A stretch of DNA of 44,292 nt from Candidatus Fraserbacteria bacterium (lineage in GTDB: Bacteria > Bipolaricaulota > Bipolaricaulia > RBG-16-55-9). The DNA lies in NCBI GenBank assembly GCA_037442925.1, contig JBBIPG010000015.1, forward strand, positions 1 through 44,292, given 5' to 3'. The translations under genes were made by a program, and so were the position numbers. How positions within the stretch are numbered: position 1 is the stretch's first letter; the number at the start of each line of letters is the position of its first letter. The notes below the pieces were generated by a model that ran no database searches, was not told the origin of the DNA, and saw only the letters and a program-made list of their open reading frames with translations. Positions 19,049 to 28,165 of the stretch are shown piece after piece.

Positions 19049-21880
19049 ATGGCTGCCAGAAACTGGGTCCGGGCCTTGAAAATTCTTCTTTTCGTGGTTT
19101 TGGCAGTAGGTGGGTTTACAGCACTTCTTAGTTCCGGCCAGCAACCCGGCAGCGGTAAGCCCGAGTTGCATCCGACGACCTTGATTCTGGATCCCGCTTC
19201 GCCTGTGGACCAGGGTCGCTTGGTCAATGTGCTGGTGAAGTTCGAAAACAGCGGGGATGTGGCCGCAGCCGAATTCCGGGTGGAGTTTTTCATCCGACTG
19301 CGACCCCAAGGAGAAGACCCTGCCAGCTGGAATGGCTTCGCCCTAGTCCAGCGGAGGGGCCTAAGCCCCGATGAGCAGGAAGTATCAGCCCAAGGGGTCC
19401 TGGACACATCGAACCCCGCCTTGATCCCGGGAGCCGGCATCTATGAGATCCGCGTGGTCATAGACTCGAATAACCAGATCCCCGAATCGGACGAAACCAA
19501 CAATGAGCTGATCGTCTCAGTTCTCGTGGTGCCTTCGAAGCTGGGCAAGCCCGATCTTCGCCCCACAACTCTAGAGTTCAGCTCCGAAACGAATCCGCCA
19601 CATGCCTCGCCCTTCGATCAGAGCGAGACGGTAAAGGTGACAGCCACCGTGGTCAATACGGGCGACAAAGACGCGGGACCGTTCAAAGTGAGCTTCTCAT
19701 ACTGTCGCCTCACTCAGGGCCAGACCTCCTGCGCTACCCAATTTACGCAGTTTCACCTCGACTCAAGTTCCTTCATCCCCGGTGGACTCCCGAGCGGCTT
19801 ACCCAATCAGAAGCCCGCCAATGCCACACTCTCGCCCCAAGATCTGGGCCTAGAACCCGGCATATATCTCATCAAAGCGACCGTTGACCCTCCGGATTCA
19901 GATAACCCAGCGGGCCAGATCGACGAACAGGACGAGGCCAACAACGAACTGATGGCTGTGCTGTCCATTCAAGGACCAGAGCTGCATCCCACCAGTCTCG
20001 CTTTTAACCCACCTCTGCCCCGTTTGGGAGACCAAGTGAAAGTCCTCACGACCGTCGAGAATTCAGGGCAAGGAACAGCTCGCAATGCGGAGGTGGCGTT
20101 CCTGGTAGATGGAGCTGAGTTTGCACCGCGGCAGACCGTTACTCTGCCAGAGGGAGGCACAGCTCTCGTTGAGGGTATTCTAAAGACGGGGGACCTCAAT
20201 CTCGAGGTAGGCATTCACTGGATCCAGATCGTCGTGGATCCCAATAACCAGATCTCAGAGCGCGATGAGACGAACAACGAGATCCGCACTGCCGTGACGC
20301 TGCAAGCACCCATTCCCCGTCGACCCGAGCTCCATCCCAAGAGCCTCGCCGTCAACCCAAGATCGCCTGTGGAGCTCGATAAGAACCTCACATTGACCCT
20401 CTTCTCGGAAGTCGTAAACACCGGCGAAGTCTCCGCCCGTGGCTTTGACATTGCGTTCTTCTACCGCTTGAGCGGGAGCGTGCGCTGGATCCCCGTACCG
20501 TGCACGACCAACTGCGTCGTCTCGGAACTGGGACCGGGTGTGGGCATCGTAGCCGAAGGGAAACTCAACTTAGTTGGGATCACCGCTGGGAATTACGAGG
20601 TGCGCGTGTTCGTCGATCCACCCGATAAAGAGAACCGCGATGGCAAAATCAAGGAATTGGACGAATCCAACAACGAGATGAAGAGCGCTGTGACGCTCTT
20701 GACGGCTCGTAAGCCGGATCTACTCATCGATCTCCTTAGTCCACTTGGTCTGCGCTTTGAGCCGTCTTCTCAAGTGCGGCGCGGCACCGTCGTGATCATA
20801 TCTGCATTGGTGCTCAATGCCGGCGAACGAGCTGCAGAGATCTTCAGCGTCGACTTCTGTTTGCGGCACATCGATGAGGACACCTCCACCTGCGTTCGAC
20901 AACCCGTAAATGGCCTAGGCGTGGGTGAACAGACGATCGTGAGGGCAACATTCGATACGGCACTCCTACGTCCGGGCCCCTACGAACTCCAGATCGCCCT
21001 AGACCCAGAAAGCCGCCTGGACGAACTGAGTGAGGCGAACAACCTGCTCAAACTAGAAGCCAACCCCGACTGCATTCTATCGCCGTTCTGCATCCGAGGT
21101 CCCGATCTAACTGTATCCAGTCTGCAAATTGAGCCGCCGGCTCCTTCAGCTGGCATCCCCAGCGTCCGCGCCGGAGAGCAAGTCAAACTCTCCGCCCAGA
21201 TACTCAATAGAGGAGTGGAGGCCGCCGGGGCCTTCGAGGTAGAGTTCTGCCGGCAGCGAGAAGGCGAAGAGCGTTGCATACCGTTTGGAGAAGGGGTGGG
21301 CTTCCCTGGGCTCGGTGTGGGAGTCATCGTGTCTGTTGAGGGTACTCTAGACACAAGAGGCCTCCCTGAGGGAAGATACTTCCTCCAGGTGATCGTCGAT
21401 CCTCCCGTCACAGTCGACCCCAATACACAACAAGTCAAAGTCTTTGGTCAAGTGGCGGAAGAGAATGAGCGGAACAACGTGCTCGTCTTTCCCCTGGATA
21501 TCGGAACCGCAGGCGCCGCCACAGGAGCAGGCCAAGCTGATCTCGCTGCGCTCAGCTTGACCCTAACCCCGGAGGAAGCTCTCGTCGGCGAAATCGTTGA
21601 AGTCCGAGCTGAGGTGGCGAACATCGGCCGGGAACGTGCTGGCCCGTTCCGAGTGAACTTCTACTGGCAGAAGGTAGGCTCGACGAAGAGAGTGAACTTC
21701 GCGTACGACAATCTACCGGGCTTGGATGCCGGAGCCAGAAAGCTCATCTCTGCTCAAATTGACACATCACTCATCTATCGTGGTCAATTTGAAATCATCG
21801 TCGAAGTCGATGTGAATGACCAAGTGAAAGAGCTAAATGAAGGCAACAACACTCTACGCAGGCAGCTTCGTGTGAACTGA
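19049..21880 (+). CDS. Large secreted protein with 7 tandem CARDB-like repeats
   Basis: Signal peptide. Repeats begin PELHP, PDLRP, PELHP, PELHP, PDLL, PDLT and ADL, and each ends ExxExNN. Confidence 0.9.
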   Translation: MAARNWVRALKILLFVVLAVGGFTALLSSGQQPGSGKPELHPTTLILDPASPVDQGRLVNVLVKFENSGDVAAAEFRVEFFIRLRPQGEDPASWNGFALVQRRGLSPDEQEVSAQGVLDTSNPALIPGAGIYEIRVVIDSNNQIPESDETNNELIVSVLVVPSKLGKPDLRPTTLEFSSETNPPHASPFDQSETVKVTATVVNTGDKDAGPFKVSFSYCRLTQGQTSCATQFTQFHLDSSSFIPGGLPSGLPNQKPANATLSPQDLGLEPGIYLIKATVDPPDSDNPAGQIDEQDEANNELMAVLSIQGPELHPTSLAFNPPLPRLGDQVKVLTTVENSGQGTARNAEVAFLVDGAEFAPRQTVTLPEGGTALVEGILKTGDLNLEVGIHWIQIVVDPNNQISERDETNNEIRTAVTLQAPIPRRPELHPKSLAVNPRSPVELDKNLTLTLFSEVVNTGEVSARGFDIAFFYRLSGSVRWIPVPCTTNCVVSELGPGVGIVAEGKLNLVGITAGNYEVRVFVDPPDKENRDGKIKELDESNNEMKSAVTLLTARKPDLLIDLLSPLGLRFEPSSQVRRGTVVIISALVLNAGERAAEIFSVDFCLRHIDEDTSTCVRQPVNGLGVGEQTIVRATFDTALLRPGPYELQIALDPESRLDELSEANNLLKLEANPDCILSPFCIRGPDLTVSSLQIEPPAPSAGIPSVRAGEQVKLSAQILNRGVEAAGAFEVEFCRQREGEERCIPFGEGVGFPGLGVGVIVSVEGTLDTRGLPEGRYFLQVIVDPPVTVDPNTQQVKVFGQVAEENERNNVLVFPLDIGTAGAATGAGQADLAALSLTLTPEEALVGEIVEVRAEVANIGRERAGPFRVNFYWQKVGSTKRVNFAYDNLPGLDAGARKLISAQIDTSLIYRGQFEIIVEVDVNDQVKELNEGNNTLRRQLRVN

Positions 21881-21887
21881 AGGCATT

Positions 21888-23291
21888 TCAGTTCTTCACC
21901 GTGAGGGCCACGGGCACTAAGCTCATGAAGGTATCGAACTTGAGCTGGCCTTCCGCACCGATCACGGCCAAGCTGTCGAAAGTCGTGCCATCTTTGGCTA
22001 CCCACGTGATGCTGACGATAGAATCCCCCTCGGCCAGGCGCTCGACAACGAACTCTCTAAGAGACTCCACGCCTAAGGGACTTAGATCGAGTTGGGCGTG
22101 TTCGTCGTCTGACAAGTCTTCATAGGCCTTGACAGTCAGGGTGACTTCGTCTTGAGAGACAATGATCCAGCTTCTATTAACGAGGGTCCGCACCCACTGA
22201 GCTCGGTTGAACTCATCGATCTTCTGCACGTCTTTTACAGAAGAGACTTCCTCAAGAGGCAGATCCGTTAGCAGGAGGAAGCGTTCGACGGCAGTCTGGG
22301 CAGCGATGGTTGCAGCATCAGGGGCCAAAGGGCCTTCGTCGGAGGGGGGCTGGGCCTCCGACGAACTTCTCAGAGCGCGAAACAGCAAGTAGACCACAAT
22401 CCCTGAGACCACAGCCCCGATGGCGATCACGGCCTCCAAGGGCAGGCCAAAGAGCGACGGGGGCGGAGGCGCCTCGACGGTGATCAACGCCGATTTGGGA
22501 AGGGATGCTTCTCCTTCATCGTCTTCGACCACCAGAGTGACTTGAAATGTGCCTGCACTCGCATAGGCGTATGTGATGCTGGCTTGATCAGGCCCTTCGA
22601 GGACCGTTCCATCACCCAGGTTCCACCGATAGTTTGCGATCGTCCCATCCGGATCGGTGGACCCTGAGGCATCGAAGGTCACGATATCCCCGACCTCGGG
22701 ATTGGCCGGCAAGAAAGTAAACGATGCGATCGGTCGCTGGTTCGTCGGTGGGGGGGGCGGCGGAGGTGGTGGTGGAGCCTGATCCGTCACCTCCAGGTCC
22801 AGAACGACGGTAAGACCTTGGCTCTCGCCTCCTTGAGGCTTACCGCGGGCGTCAGCGGAAAGCAGATACGCACCCAACTGACTTGTGGCCTTCACTTCAT
22901 AGCTATTGATCAGGACATCGCCCGCTTGCAGGCCACCGATTTGAAATTTTCGTAAGTCTCCGCTCTCCAATACGAACCCTTCAGGAAGAGTGGCCACGAT
23001 GGCCACGAAATCCAGCCTCACTTTGGCCTGAACTGTGTCCGTGACGGTGAAGACCTCTCCCGGAGCGACTTGGTCAGGCGCATCCCGCGTGAACGTCATG
23101 AGCGAGTTCTCCTGGCTCGTGGTACCAAGCAAGACCGCCCGGAAGATCTTAAGCGTGGCTTGCTCCAGCGAGGGGGGTACGGGCTGTGCGTTGTGCTCTG
23201 GCTTAGTCTGCCAACTCAGCTGAGGCACACCGAGCCAGAGCAAAGCAGGAATCAGAACATAAATTAAGACTCGTTCGAACATGTCTCTCAT
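21888..23291 (-). CDS. Membrane protein with an Ig-like domain, poly-Pro linker, PKD domain, transmembrane helix and unknown C-terminal domain
   Basis: PKD signature NQRPIASF...FDASGSTDPDGTIANYRWNLGDG...YASAGTFQVTLVVEDDEG, a run of 10 Pro, and TM segment AVIAIGAVVSGIVVYLLF-RALR. Confidence 0.85.
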   Translation of the reverse strand: MRDMFERVLIYVLIPALLWLGVPQLSWQTKPEHNAQPVPPSLEQATLKIFRAVLLGTTSQENSLMTFTRDAPDQVAPGEVFTVTDTVQAKVRLDFVAIVATLPEGFVLESGDLRKFQIGGLQAGDVLINSYEVKATSQLGAYLLSADARGKPQGGESQGLTVVLDLEVTDQAPPPPPPPPPPTNQRPIASFTFLPANPEVGDIVTFDASGSTDPDGTIANYRWNLGDGTVLEGPDQASITYAYASAGTFQVTLVVEDDEGEASLPKSALITVEAPPPPSLFGLPLEAVIAIGAVVSGIVVYLLFRALRSSSEAQPPSDEGPLAPDAATIAAQTAVERFLLLTDLPLEEVSSVKDVQKIDEFNRAQWVRTLVNRSWIIVSQDEVTLTVKAYEDLSDDEHAQLDLSPLGVESLREFVVERLAEGDSIVSITWVAKDGTTFDSLAVIGAEGQLKFDTFMSLVPVALTVKN

Positions 23292-23402
23292 CCACCTTCT
23301 CCTCTACCGCAGATTCTTCCCGTTTATACACATTGTCTGGCTTAAGAGCAAATCCATCTGCCTCATGGCCAGGGGAAACGTGCCATTGATTTCACCGCAT
23401 AA

Positions 23403-23927
23403 ATGAGCTATATACGAGAGCGAATGGAACTCGAACGAAAGCACATCAACCGGCTTCCCCTGGTCTGGATGGGGAGCATTGTGGCTATGGACCAGTTGAG
23501 CAAACTGGCGGCGGCTACCCATCTCGAGCCGGGACGCTCTGTGCCGGTCCTAGGCGAATTCTTCCGGCTGACGCTGAGCTGGAACTCGGGGGGGGCTTTT
23601 GGGATCTTAGCAGGGCAGGGATCGCTGCTCACGGTCCTCACCATTGGTGTAGCCGTTACCATCGTGCTGGTCTTATGGCGGGGGGATCTCCGTTCGCGAC
23701 AGATCATGACTGGCTTGGTGTTCATTGCAGGAGGTGCCATCGGCAACCTCATTGATCGGCTCTGGCTCGGAAAGGTCGTCGATTTTCTGGATTTTGGGGT
23801 CTCGCCGGCTCTTCGATGGCCTACGTTCAACATTGCTGATACGGCAATCGTGATGGGAACAGCGCTTCTACTGTGGCGCTTGCTCACTCAGGGGTCCGCA
23901 TATGCGGGGATTTTTCATCGTCTTTGA
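23403..23927 (+). CDS. lspA: Lipoprotein signal peptidase II
   Basis: DQLSK, NSGGAFG, GGAIGNLIDR, VVDFL, FNIAD. The start may be 23424. Confidence 0.95.
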   Translation: MSYIRERMELERKHINRLPLVWMGSIVAMDQLSKLAAATHLEPGRSVPVLGEFFRLTLSWNSGGAFGILAGQGSLLTVLTIGVAVTIVLVLWRGDLRSRQIMTGLVFIAGGAIGNLIDRLWLGKVVDFLDFGVSPALRWPTFNIADTAIVMGTALLLWRLLTQGSAYAGIFHRL

Positions 23928-24543
23928 GGGCTTGGACGGCAGCGGCAAGACGACTCAAGCCAAGCGTCTGGCCCGTTATTTTCGCGAACAAGGTCGTGAA
24001 GTGGTGTCAGTGAAAGAACCAGGAGGAACTCCGGCAGGGGAACGGATTCGAGAGATTCTGCTGGATGAGAGGAGCCATCTGGAACCGCTTACGGAGCTCT
24101 TGTTGTATCAAGCCTCGCGACATGAACTGACACGTCGGGTGATCCGGCCGGCTCTTAAGCGCGGGGCGATTGTGATCTGCCAGCGATATAGCTACTCTAG
24201 CTTGGCGTATCAGGGATTCGGCCGTGGCCTCCCGCTGGAATGGGTGACTCAGCTCACGGAGCAGGCTACGGAGGGACTGAAACCCTCTGTGGCATTCTTT
24301 CTGGAGGTGCCTGTGGAAGAAGGTCTTAGGCGCCTGAAGCAGGAGCGTCGCCCGGATCGCATCGAACGCCAGGGGGTGGAGTTCCTCCGGCGGGTGGAGC
24401 AGGGGTATCACCAACTCGCCGGGCAGAACCCGGAACTGATTCGACTCGACGGGATGAAAAGCCCAGAACGCCTCTTTGAAGATGTGATGCGGGTTCTGGA
24501 GCGAAGGAAGGGGGGAGGGAACGGTGGAGTTTACTTGCACTAA
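23902..24543 (+). CDS. tmk: Thymidylate kinase
   Basis: FIVFEGLDGSGKTTQ, EPGGT, RYSYSSLAYQG, DRIE. Confidence 0.95.
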   Translation: MRGFFIVFEGLDGSGKTTQAKRLARYFREQGREVVSVKEPGGTPAGERIREILLDERSHLEPLTELLLYQASRHELTRRVIRPALKRGAIVICQRYSYSSLAYQGFGRGLPLEWVTQLTEQATEGLKPSVAFFLEVPVEEGLRRLKQERRPDRIERQGVEFLRRVEQGYHQLAGQNPELIRLDGMKSPERLFEDVMRVLERRKGGGNGGVYLH

Positions 24544-25645
24544 ATCGGCTATTACGTTCGGAGTGAAGACAGCCAGTCGTGCCCTAGGAAGCACGCTGCC
24601 CATCCTGGCTGGCATCAAGGTCGAAGCTCAAGAGTCGGAATTGAAACTCATATCCACGGACCTGGAACGAGCGCTCATCGTGACGATCCCCATTGAGAAC
24701 GCCAAGGGCAAGGGGACGTGCGTCATCAACGGACAGCTCCTCTCGAAGATCACCGGTATGCTGCCGGACGAGACGTTGAAGCTGCGGCTCGACGATGCCG
24801 GGGATCGGGTGGAGATCACATCGGGTGAAGCGATCTTTGAACTCTTGCTCCTGCCGGTAGCTGATTTCCCTGAGATCCCGGCCCTTCCTAAGGAGACCCT
24901 GTGCACCATTCAGAGGGAGCGCCTCGTGCGTTCGCTGGAGCGCACAACGTTTGCCGCCATGAGTGCCCGCGAGACCTCACGGCTCAACCTTACGGGTGTG
25001 GATCTTCTCACTCAGGGGGAGAAGATCAAGATGGTCGCCACCAACGGCTATCGGTTGGCGCTTAAGGAAGAGCAGTTGGAGTCATCTGCTCCGGAAGGCG
25101 AATACCTGATCGATGCCGATGCACTGAAAGATCTCCAAAGCATTCTAGGTTCCGTCGAGGACGAACAGGTGAAGATCGCTCAGGGTGGTGGTCATCTCTT
25201 TTTCACCACCGCGCAGGTGATCTTCATCGCACGGGTGATTCAAGAAGAGTATCCCGACTTCGAGCGGGTCATCCCGCGAGATAACCCCGTGGGGCTTCAC
25301 ATGAAGCGTGAGGTTTTCTTGAGTGCTCTGCAACGAGCGGAGATCACCACAGCTGCCGAGTCCGGAGCCGTCATCCTGGAACCTCGTGACTCTTCATTGC
25401 TTATTAAGTCTTCATCAGCCGAAAAGGGCCATACCGAAGAGCGCATTCCGCTGCTTAAGCCCGCAGGCTCTCTGACGATCTCTTTCCGGGGGGAATATCT
25501 CATTGAGGCGCTCAGGCGGATGAGCTCAACGGAAGTCGTGCTCTGGCTGAAAGACTCAGAGAGTGCCGGGCTATTGGAACCCACTGCAGATAGTGACGAA
25601 GATCAGGGCTTCCTCTACGTCTGCATGCCCATCCGGATGGATTAG
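24524..25645 (+). CDS. dnaN: DNA polymerase III beta sliding clamp
   Basis: 373 aa; LPILAG, STDLE, DFPEIP, VATNGYRLA, YPDFERVIP, C-terminal MPIR. Confidence 0.94.
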   Translation: MEFTCTKSAITFGVKTASRALGSTLPILAGIKVEAQESELKLISTDLERALIVTIPIENAKGKGTCVINGQLLSKITGMLPDETLKLRLDDAGDRVEITSGEAIFELLLLPVADFPEIPALPKETLCTIQRERLVRSLERTTFAAMSARETSRLNLTGVDLLTQGEKIKMVATNGYRLALKEEQLESSAPEGEYLIDADALKDLQSILGSVEDEQVKIAQGGGHLFFTTAQVIFIARVIQEEYPDFERVIPRDNPVGLHMKREVFLSALQRAEITTAAESGAVILEPRDSSLLIKSSSAEKGHTEERIPLLKPAGSLTISFRGEYLIEALRRMSSTEVVLWLKDSESAGLLEPTADSDEDQGFLYVCMPIRMD

Positions 25646-25648
25646 CCT

Positions 25649-26761
25649 TTAGTCGTCGTCGTCTCGATCGCTGCGCCCGCGACGGCGAATGAACGTCGGG
25701 ACGTCCCAGTCTCCCACTCGAGGGTCACGCTTGCGCGGGGTTCTCTCATTCAGCTGCGGCTGATACTCTTTTACGAAGTCCTCCTCCGGCTCGATCTCCT
25801 CTAGCTCTTGATCTTCCACTTGTTTAAAGCCCGTCGCGATCACCGTCAGCTTAAGCTTGTCAAAGCCCTCTTTGACCGTGGCCCCAAAGAAGATGTCCGC
25901 CGATTCAGAGACAGCGTCACGAATCAACTGGGCAGCCTCTGTGACTTCTTCCAGGGTGAGATCCAGTCCTCCGGTGACGTTCAAGATCACTTTTTGTGCT
26001 CCCTCAATCGATCCTTCGAGTAAGGGACTGGTGATGGCATTGCGGGCGGCTTCTTTGGTGCGCCCTTCGCCTTCGGCTTCGCCGATCCCCATCATGGCGG
26101 TCCCGGCGCCTCTCATGGTCGCTTCTACGTCGGCGAAGTCTCGGTTGATCAGACCGGGAGTGGTGATCAAGTCTGTGATGCCTTGAACTCCTTGGCGCAG
26201 AATATCGTCGGCCAACTCAAAGGCCTGCATCAGGGTCAGATCGGCCGGCGCGACCTTGAGCAACCGGTCGTTGGGGATGGTGATGAGAGTATCGACATGC
26301 TGGCGCAATTCCTCAATGCCCTTCTTGGCCCTGTCGGCACGCTGGCGACCCTCAAACGTAAAAGGCTTGGTCACAATGGAGACGGTGAGGATTCCCGCCT
26401 CACGCGCCAGGCGGGCGATCACCGGCGAGGCTCCGGTGCCTGTCCCCCCACCCATGCCCGTCGTGATGAAAATCATATCGGCATCTTCCAACAAATCGCG
26501 GATCTCGGCTTCGGATTCCTCGGCCGCTTTGCGCCCGATCTCCGGATTCCCTCCGGCTCCCAACCCTTGGGTGAGCTTGGCACCAATCTGAAGAGCCTTG
26601 TGTGCCTCGATCACGGAAAGCACCTGTGCATCGGTGTTGACTGCCACCAGCTCTACATCTTTGAGCTTGGACTTCACCATGCGGTTGACCGCATTGCAAC
26701 CGCCGCCCCCGACGCCAATCACGCGGATCTTTGCCAGTCCATTGCGGCGAGCCAGCTCCAT
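25649..26761 (-). CDS. ftsZ: Cell division protein FtsZ
   Basis: GVGGGGCNAV, GMGGGTGTG, PFTFEG, DFADV, VIATG, C-terminal DVPTFIRR. Confidence 0.98.
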   Translation of the reverse strand: MELARRNGLAKIRVIGVGGGGCNAVNRMVKSKLKDVELVAVNTDAQVLSVIEAHKALQIGAKLTQGLGAGGNPEIGRKAAEESEAEIRDLLEDADMIFITTGMGGGTGTGASPVIARLAREAGILTVSIVTKPFTFEGRQRADRAKKGIEELRQHVDTLITIPNDRLLKVAPADLTLMQAFELADDILRQGVQGITDLITTPGLINRDFADVEATMRGAGTAMMGIGEAEGEGRTKEAARNAITSPLLEGSIEGAQKVILNVTGGLDLTLEEVTEAAQLIRDAVSESADIFFGATVKEGFDKLKLTVIATGFKQVEDQELEEIEPEEDFVKEYQPQLNERTPRKRDPRVGDWDVPTFIRRRGRSDRDDDD

Positions 26762-26776
26762 GATCCCATTCCTCCC

Positions 26777-28090
26777 TCAGTGGACACGGCCCCGGAAGAC
26801 CCGATCCAACCAGCGCAAGACACGGACCAGGACCGAATCATCGTGACGCCCGTTGGCCGTCCACCAGCGTCGGTTCTCGCCGAAACTGCTTCTTCGGCTG
26901 CTGCCTCCTCGTGTATCGGTTCCGTATCGATAGTGATACTCTCGCGATTCCATGGCGTACTTAAGCAGTCCGATGACCGTCGCGTACTGAGGGCTCTCGA
27001 CGATATCACGCAACCCATGGATGCCTTGGGGTGTCTTGCCCCGCCGTACCGCTACGTTGTAGCGTTCTTGCACAAACTCCGGCAGGCCCTTGAGCAAGGC
27101 CGTGCCTCCGGTGAGCACCACACCGGCCGGGATGAGATCGCGATAGCCCGCATCCTCAATCTCACCCATCGCCAGATCGAAGAGTTCCTCCAGCCGGGGC
27201 TCGATGATCTTGGCCAGCTTCCGTTTGCTGACGCTCTTCTTATCGCCGTTGATCGTCGTGATCTCAAAGCGCTCCTCACCGCTCACTTCATCCACACGCG
27301 GCAGGCCCTCCGTGCGCTTGATCCGTTCAGCCTCTTGATATTCCACCTTCAGTCCCACCGTGATGTCGTTGGTGATCTGTTCCCCGGCAATGGGCAGGAC
27401 CTTAGAAAACCAGATATCCCCGCGGCGGAAGATGGCAATGTCGGTCGTACCGCCGCCGATGTCCATGAGCACCACGCCTAACTCTTTCTCAGCCTCGGTC
27501 AGCACCGCGCAGCTCGACGCCAAGGGCTGCAAGACGATCTGATCCACTTCCATGCTGAGGTTACGGACGCAGCGGTAGATGTTGTTCACGGCCGTGATCG
27601 ATCCGGTCACGATGTGTACATCCACTTCGAGCCGCGTTCCCGTCATGCCGACGGGATCTGTGATGCCCTCTTGTCCATCGACGATGTATTGGCGGGGTAT
27701 GACGTGGATGAGTTCCGAATCGGGAGCAATCTGGATCGCTTGTGCGGTCTCGATGACCCGTCGGACGTCGTCGACGGTGATGGTCCGATTGTCGCGTGAG
27801 ATGCTGACGGTTCCGGAGTTGTTGATGGAGTTGATATGCTTGCCCGCGATGCCGGCGTAGACCCTGTCGATCCGCACGTCGGCCATGTTCTCTGCCTCTT
27901 CGATGGCTCGCTTGATGGAGGCCGTCGTCTCCCCAATGTCGACGACAACGCCCTTCTCCAAGCCATGCGAAGGGGCTTTGCCGATCCCGATGATCTCGAT
28001 GATGCCGTTCTCGACGCTTCCGACCAAGGCTACGACTTTGGTGGTGCCGATGTCGAGCCCGATGATCAGCCCCCCTGATCCTCTCACCAT
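26777..28090 (-). CDS. ftsA: Cell division protein FtsA
   Basis: GLDIGTTKV, DIGGGTTD, AERIK, VLTGG, C-terminal amphipathic helix VLRWLDRVF. Confidence 0.97.
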   Translation of the reverse strand: MVRGSGGLIIGLDIGTTKVVALVGSVENGIIEIIGIGKAPSHGLEKGVVVDIGETTASIKRAIEEAENMADVRIDRVYAGIAGKHINSINNSGTVSISRDNRTITVDDVRRVIETAQAIQIAPDSELIHVIPRQYIVDGQEGITDPVGMTGTRLEVDVHIVTGSITAVNNIYRCVRNLSMEVDQIVLQPLASSCAVLTEAEKELGVVLMDIGGGTTDIAIFRRGDIWFSKVLPIAGEQITNDITVGLKVEYQEAERIKRTEGLPRVDEVSGEERFEITTINGDKKSVSKRKLAKIIEPRLEELFDLAMGEIEDAGYRDLIPAGVVLTGGTALLKGLPEFVQERYNVAVRRGKTPQGIHGLRDIVESPQYATVIGLLKYAMESREYHYRYGTDTRGGSSRRSSFGENRRWWTANGRHDDSVLVRVLRWLDRVFRGRVH

Positions 28091-28165
28091 GGTCTCACCC
28101 TCTCACAGCCTCCGCATGTTTAGGTCATAATGATATAAACGATCTACCCTTGTCAAGTGGCTGCT

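Noticed and set aside
14195..21880. CARDB repeats as possible DGR targets or nucleotide-level repeat arrays
   Set aside because: Similarity is at the protein level with diverged DNA. I saw no reverse transcriptase, template/variable repeat pair or CRISPR-like spacing.
23324..23332. Single perfect DnaA box TTATACACA upstream of lspA-tmk-dnaN
   Set aside because: One 9-mer with degenerate positions is expected by chance in 44 kb. There is no box cluster or unwinding element, so it is not called as oriC; a regulatory role cannot be excluded.
26183..27481. 432-aa plus-strand ORF, and similar long antisense ORFs at 7420-8226, 12587-13636 and 33412-34431
   Set aside because: These are antisense to ftsZ/ftsA, gyrB, murF and murD. 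They have no recognisable motifs, and such shadows are expected in GC-rich, codon-biased genes.
28114..28156. TTGACA...TATCAT promoter-like motif upstream of ftsA (minus strand)
   Set aside because: The spacer is only 15 nt, so it is plausible but not supportable without TSS data.
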